Below, one piece after another: positions 59,101-64,000 of a DNA stretch of 64,000 nucleotides. The notes below the pieces were generated by a model. It worked only from the letters and a program-made list of their open reading frames with translations. It was not told the DNA's origin and searched no databases. A program made the translations under genes and the position numbers. Source of the DNA: Oikopleura dioica (lineage: Eukaryota; Animalia; Chordata); NCBI GenBank assembly GCA_907165135.1, contig OU015569.1:7440001-7504000 (forward strand), given 5' to 3'. The first letter of the stretch is position 1. Every line of letters starts with the position of its first letter.

Positions 59101-62100
59101 ATGTTTGGGAGTATTGTGCTCTTGCTGAGTGCAGTGCATGCCCTCACAACGTGGAATCAGTACCCAGATCAAAAAGGCGGATTTCTTGTTTACTACAGCT
59201 TTGGCCATTCTCTTCCAACCTCTGTTAGGAACACACTCTTAAAGCATTTCAATGACTTGGATGAGCATACTTGTTTAACCATGTCGGATGTTGGTGTTCA
59301 AGAGAATCTTTTCGTTCAGTATGGACTTCCATTCATCAAATTTGTCTATAATACTGCTGCAAGTTATCAGTGTTCTTCAACTAGGGATGAGTCTAATATA
59401 CGATTATAGAATATTTTTATTTATAATTGGGAGCATTTGAGGTTATGATAAATACAAGTTTTTATCCCGAAGTATAGAGGATACGGTGGGCAGTCAACTC
59501 AGCTTGTGACCATTCAGGCAAAATGCGATGATGATATTTCTTTGGGACAAATGCTGCTGCACACTCTTGGCGCTGAGTATGAGCACAGGCGACGCGTTGC
59601 ACGAAAATACTTGACATTCGCATTTGAAGAGAGCGAGATTCGCGTTAGAAACTGTCGTTATAATGGCAGTCCCCTTACATGTACCGGATGCTCTAGAATT
59701 CCCACTACTGTAACGGACGTCGATCATAAAGGCATGAGTAACTTTTCTTTTTAAAAATTATTTCTAAAAATCAGAGAGTGGAGCGCCTTACGATCCTCTC
59801 TCCATTATGTCTCTTCCCTCGGGAGGCTGCTCGAAAAAGATGGATTCTGTTCGAGAGGATTTCATTACGAGTTCAATTGGTCCTCTGGTAGCAAGAAGTC
59901 GCTTTTCTGCTGAAGATATACTCGGCATTCAGAATCTTTATTGTCCCCATTTCAATACGTACAACTTTTGCGATGATTACCAGGTAATTTTTGAAAATGA
60001 GTTTCGTTGATTAACTATAAAATAGCCCGTTGGAGAATTCACAAAATACAGACTTCGCTACCCCGTCAGCTTTCGATGCGATGGGAGTAGCGATTGTTTC
60101 GATGGCTCAGATGAAGATGACTGTGCTTGCACAGAGCGGTACTGTGCCGGCGCAAGTGCAAAGTGCTCTCTTGGGGAGTGTAAATGTCGACATGGTTTCG
60201 AGCTTGATCCTTGCAAGTTTTAATGTATTTTGAATCCAAATAAATTATTTTTAGCCGGAGAAACATCAGCTTGCTTTCCCGAGTATGATGCGCTGTGTTC
60301 TGACGGTTATTGCAATAGCTTGGATGACAAATGTGAGATCAAATCGAACACCCAAACATGCCTCTCGAAGTCTTTTTGTGGAACGCAAATTAAACACAAT
60401 CACTTACTTCCTAACTATCTAGAGTACAGGCTGGTAAATTCCTTTCAAGGAGATACAAGCACTTGTTCATCTCATGTTGAGATAAATTCAAAAGTTTTCA
60501 ATCTAACAAACGAGGAAAGAGTTTCAAGAATATCCGCTAACGGGACTCGCCAAAGAAAATTGGATATTTAGTTAACTCTGAGAAAAGATTGTAAATTTAC
60601 ATCCCGTCTATGCACTGTATACGAATTCACCTTCACATTCGAAGTTCTTATGCTTTAGGAGTGATTTTGGCTGGGTTCTAGTCGACAAAGTTATTAACTC
60701 GTGCGACACTACTTGCGGAATTGAATGGTTTTATCCTGAAGACACTTACTGTCTTGGAGAGAGTGACAGCCGAATTATGGTTTGGGACACAGTTCATTCT
60801 ATGTTCCGCTCGTTCGAGCAAGTTTTGTGTTCTGGTGGAACTGGGGAAGCAACAGAATACCGAGACGAATTCGGCTGTTTCTCACATTTCGACGGAAAAA
60901 TAAAGGTTCTCCCTTTGGTCGTTGAGTAGGAATAATAACTTTCTTAAGAAAACATCAATGATGAATGAATGCGTTCTGAACCCATCTTCCTGTGATGCTT
61001 TACCAAACTCAAGTTGTGTCGACACAAATGGTGGTTTTCTATGCATTTGTGATAGAGGTTTTGTAAAAAATGAGTTCGGAGAATGCGTAGACATTGATGA
61101 GTGTGACACGGAACAACAAATGTGTCCCGCTTCTATGTCTTGCTTGAATACTGTTGGCTCCTTTGATTGCTTATGTGGCGTGATGAGTGAATCCCATTTC
61201 CCGATACCAGAATTCGATACTCATTCTGTTCTGACGATAGGTATGAAATAACATTTTAGGAATGTTAGAGAACAGTTCAGATGGAATTAATGGCCAGCGA
61301 AATAATAAAGACGTGCGTGAAAAACCTGAGAGAGACGATGTTGACTTGCTTGGTGATATTCGATTTACATCTTCTCAAGCTGCGCGACTTGCACAACGAG
61401 GAGTTTTCCCTCCAGAACGTTTTATTGATAGCAATCCCAGTCTTATGCTCTCTGAGAGAAAAATCAAAGGATCAGAATATGACAACTAACTATCCGTTCG
61501 CAAAAAATCTTATTCACGAGCTTTGATGATTTCAAAAAACTTTTGTGGGGCCGGAAATGGTAAAAAAACTGCAAGTGCAGTTTTCTTCAGCTCGTCAAGA
61601 CGAGTCGAATGATGGGTCTAACTCCTAATAATTCTAAGGATTGACCGGTTTACCGGCTGGTTACCGGAAAATACGTTGTCACCGGCCGTTTTTGTTCTAG
61701 AAGTGATAGACTGATGTTTGACACCGGAAATTGTTCCTTATAGTCAGTTTTCCTGCAGGCTAAAAGATGAAGGTTTTATCAATTCTCTGAAGAGAGTTAT
61801 CACTAAAAAGAGTAATTTTTACTAAAATTTTGTTGTTGCTGCACGTTCCTAATTTCTAGTCCCATTTTCGCCAAAAATAGTATTTTATTGATAACTCTCT
61901 TCAGAGAATTGATAAAACCTTTATCTTTTAGCCTGCAGGTAAACTGACTATAAGGAACAATTTCCGGTGTCAAACATTAGTCTATCACTTCTAGAACAAA
62001 AACGGCCGGTGACAACGTATTTTCCGGTAACCAGCCGGTAAACTGGTCAATCCTTAGAATTATTAGGAGTTAGACCCATCATTCGACTCGTCTTGACGAG

Positions 62101-64000
62101 CTGAAGAAAACTGCACTTGCAGTTTTTTACCATTTCCGGCCCCACTAAAAGTTTTTTGAAATCATCTTTATAGATATTCTATTGAAGGTTTCGCACGAGA
62201 TGCTGATGACACGGTTAAAAAATGGAAAGATTATTTTGATGAAACATCGAGTAAATATCAAGTGCCCTGGATTTTCAGTCCGACTTATCCGCCAGAGTGG
62301 CAGCCTTATGTTCGGGCTGCTTTAGCTGAATTTGAAAGATCTACTTGCATAAAGACCGTTGAAATTTCTTCATCAGAGGTAAAAAAGACCAACTCTGAAA
62401 CGAGAATTATATGTTTAGGTGGACAACTGGGACTCGGTCATATACGTTCATCGCGGAGAAAATGGGCCGGTCGGAGCAGCTGGCTGCTGGTCTTACGTAG
62501 GTAATGCACAACTTGGTCTCCAGCATCTCAGTCTTTCCGGGGGGTGCACAAACACCAAAACAGTTCAGCATGAGTTTATCCATGCGCTTGGTTTCTGGCA
62601 TGAGCAACAACGTGGCGATTTCGCGAGCAATATTAACATGAACAAAGAGGCATATTCCTGCGACGAATCCTTCTGGGGTCCAACATACCAATGCTTGATG
62701 GATTGTGAAGATGGATTTAGCCAGTGGAAGGATTTGCACTCACCTTATGATTTTGACTCGATCATGCACTATTACGGAAACACTTGTTCTGATGGGTCGA
62801 TTCCGTTGATGACCCATAAAGGTGATAATTTACCGCTGCGAAAATCATTGAGCTTTTGAAGGTACCACCGCGGGTGTTGAACCGAATCCACCGGGTGATA
62901 GAATGACAACACAAGATGCTCTGCAAATTAACGCATTCTATGAGTGCCCCATCCAAAGAACATTTTCTTGCAACACATGGAACTATCCCTCACAGAGCGT
63001 GTACTTGGAATCAAGGAGATGTGACGGCGTTCTGGACTGTATCGATGGTAGCGATGAGGATCCTGCTAAATGCAATACCGAGAATAATTGCAGTAACCAA
63101 ATTCAACTTGCCGGAAATATTTATGTTAAAAGTGGCGACGCAAATGGTCGACTCGTCTACTTATCTCAAGACAGATTGAGGAAATTGTGCTTTCACTCGA
63201 AGACATTAATCGGACATGGATACTGGATAGTTGTCGAAAACGTGGAGGGGCAGGAAGCGTCATGTGAGTCAACGTGCGGAGCTATAATTATGGCAGAGCT
63301 TCCCGAATGGAGTCGATGTGTTGACGGGGCTACTTTCAAAACTTACGATTCAGTAACGCAGCAATGGAAAGAACATTCCAATCCGATATTCTACACGGCA
63401 ACTTCTGACGACAACGTATTGACAACAACGACGACAACAACGACGACTACACTTGGTGTCAATGATTACGTTCAGCTATCTGGAGTGAGCGTTCACAAGA
63501 AATACAATGGCTTGTACGTTAAATCTGGAATATTGAATGGAGAAGACTACTTTTCTAAAAAGTTTCGCGGAACCAGCAGAGCAGAAACAGAAAGTCATTT
63601 TTTGTTTCTGTCGGAGAGCGGGAACTCTTGGATCGTATCGTCCGAGCTAAATTCGCAATCTGGTGATTTGTATCTTTCAGTTGTCGGAGGAGCTACTTTA
63701 GAAACATCTGAGAGCTGGTTTCAGAAGGTAGGAGGTGAATGGATAGAAGCATCGATTTCAACAGAAATTGCAAATAATATGCTGCCAGTTGATGAATGTG
63801 AAACAATAGAAAACCCTTGTTCTGATCCGCTCAAATCTTGTGTTGATAAACTCGATGGGTATTCTTGTGAATGCATTTCCGGCTATGTTGAAGAAGGAAA
63901 CTCTTGTGTTGATTTCGAAGAATGTAAATTCGAGGGCACTTGCGAAAGTGGATACATTTGTACGGAGCTCATCGGATCCTACAAGTGTGTGTGTCCTGTC
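59101..64000 (+). CDS. Secreted multidomain astacin metalloprotease (degenerate astacin, LDLa, EGF/cbEGF, active astacin, LDLa, EGF); runs off the right edge
   Basis: Signal peptide MFGSIVLLLSAVHA; LDLa CDGSSDCFDGSDE; cbEGF CVDIDEC; prodomain LLGDI; active site HEFIHALGFWHEQQRGD and Met-turn SIMHY. Confidence 0.85.
61525..62166. mobile_element. Fold-back / long-TIR non-autonomous element in an astacin intron
   Basis: Arms 61525-61802 and 61889-62166 are near-perfect reverse complements (GATGATTTCAAAAAAC...GTTTTTTGAAATCATC); flanked by TTT on both sides. Confidence 0.9.

Overview
Compact, gene-dense animal DNA with very short (~40-45 nt) spliceosomal introns, some with GC or GA donors. This style fits the larvacean tunicate Oikopleura (inference, not verified). 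The left flank (1-24.7 kb) holds host genes: a galactose-3-O-sulfotransferase, SDHAF2, AFG3L2, a RING protein, a transmembrane (MACIT-type) collagen carrying a TTAA-flanked MITE, a cellular RNA-dependent RNA polymerase (DLDGD) with a possible YTH-like C-terminal domain, and a low-complexity protein with a possible Z-alpha-like winged helix. The centre (24874-57804) is one ~33-kb Maverick/Polinton bounded by 59-bp AGTAGT...ACTACT terminal inverted repeats and a perfect 6-bp target-site duplication (CTCGTT). It encodes a packaging ATPase, retroviral-type integrase, minor and major capsid proteins, an adenain-like protease (frameshifted), a tiny basic core protein and a protein-primed PolB. Nearly all of these are interrupted by host-type spliceosomal introns. 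It also carries OB-fold-like proteins and a mucin-like membrane protein. Its ~10-kb right arm is a patchwork of truncated, decayed, intron-containing host gene pieces (GGA, proteasome Rpt4, OGDH) plus one apparently intact SAP-TPR chimeric gene. The right flank holds a multidomain astacin protease (degenerate plus active astacin domains, LDLa, EGF) with a fold-back element in an intron. All splice models were derived by hand; family assignments are from motif recognition, not database searches.
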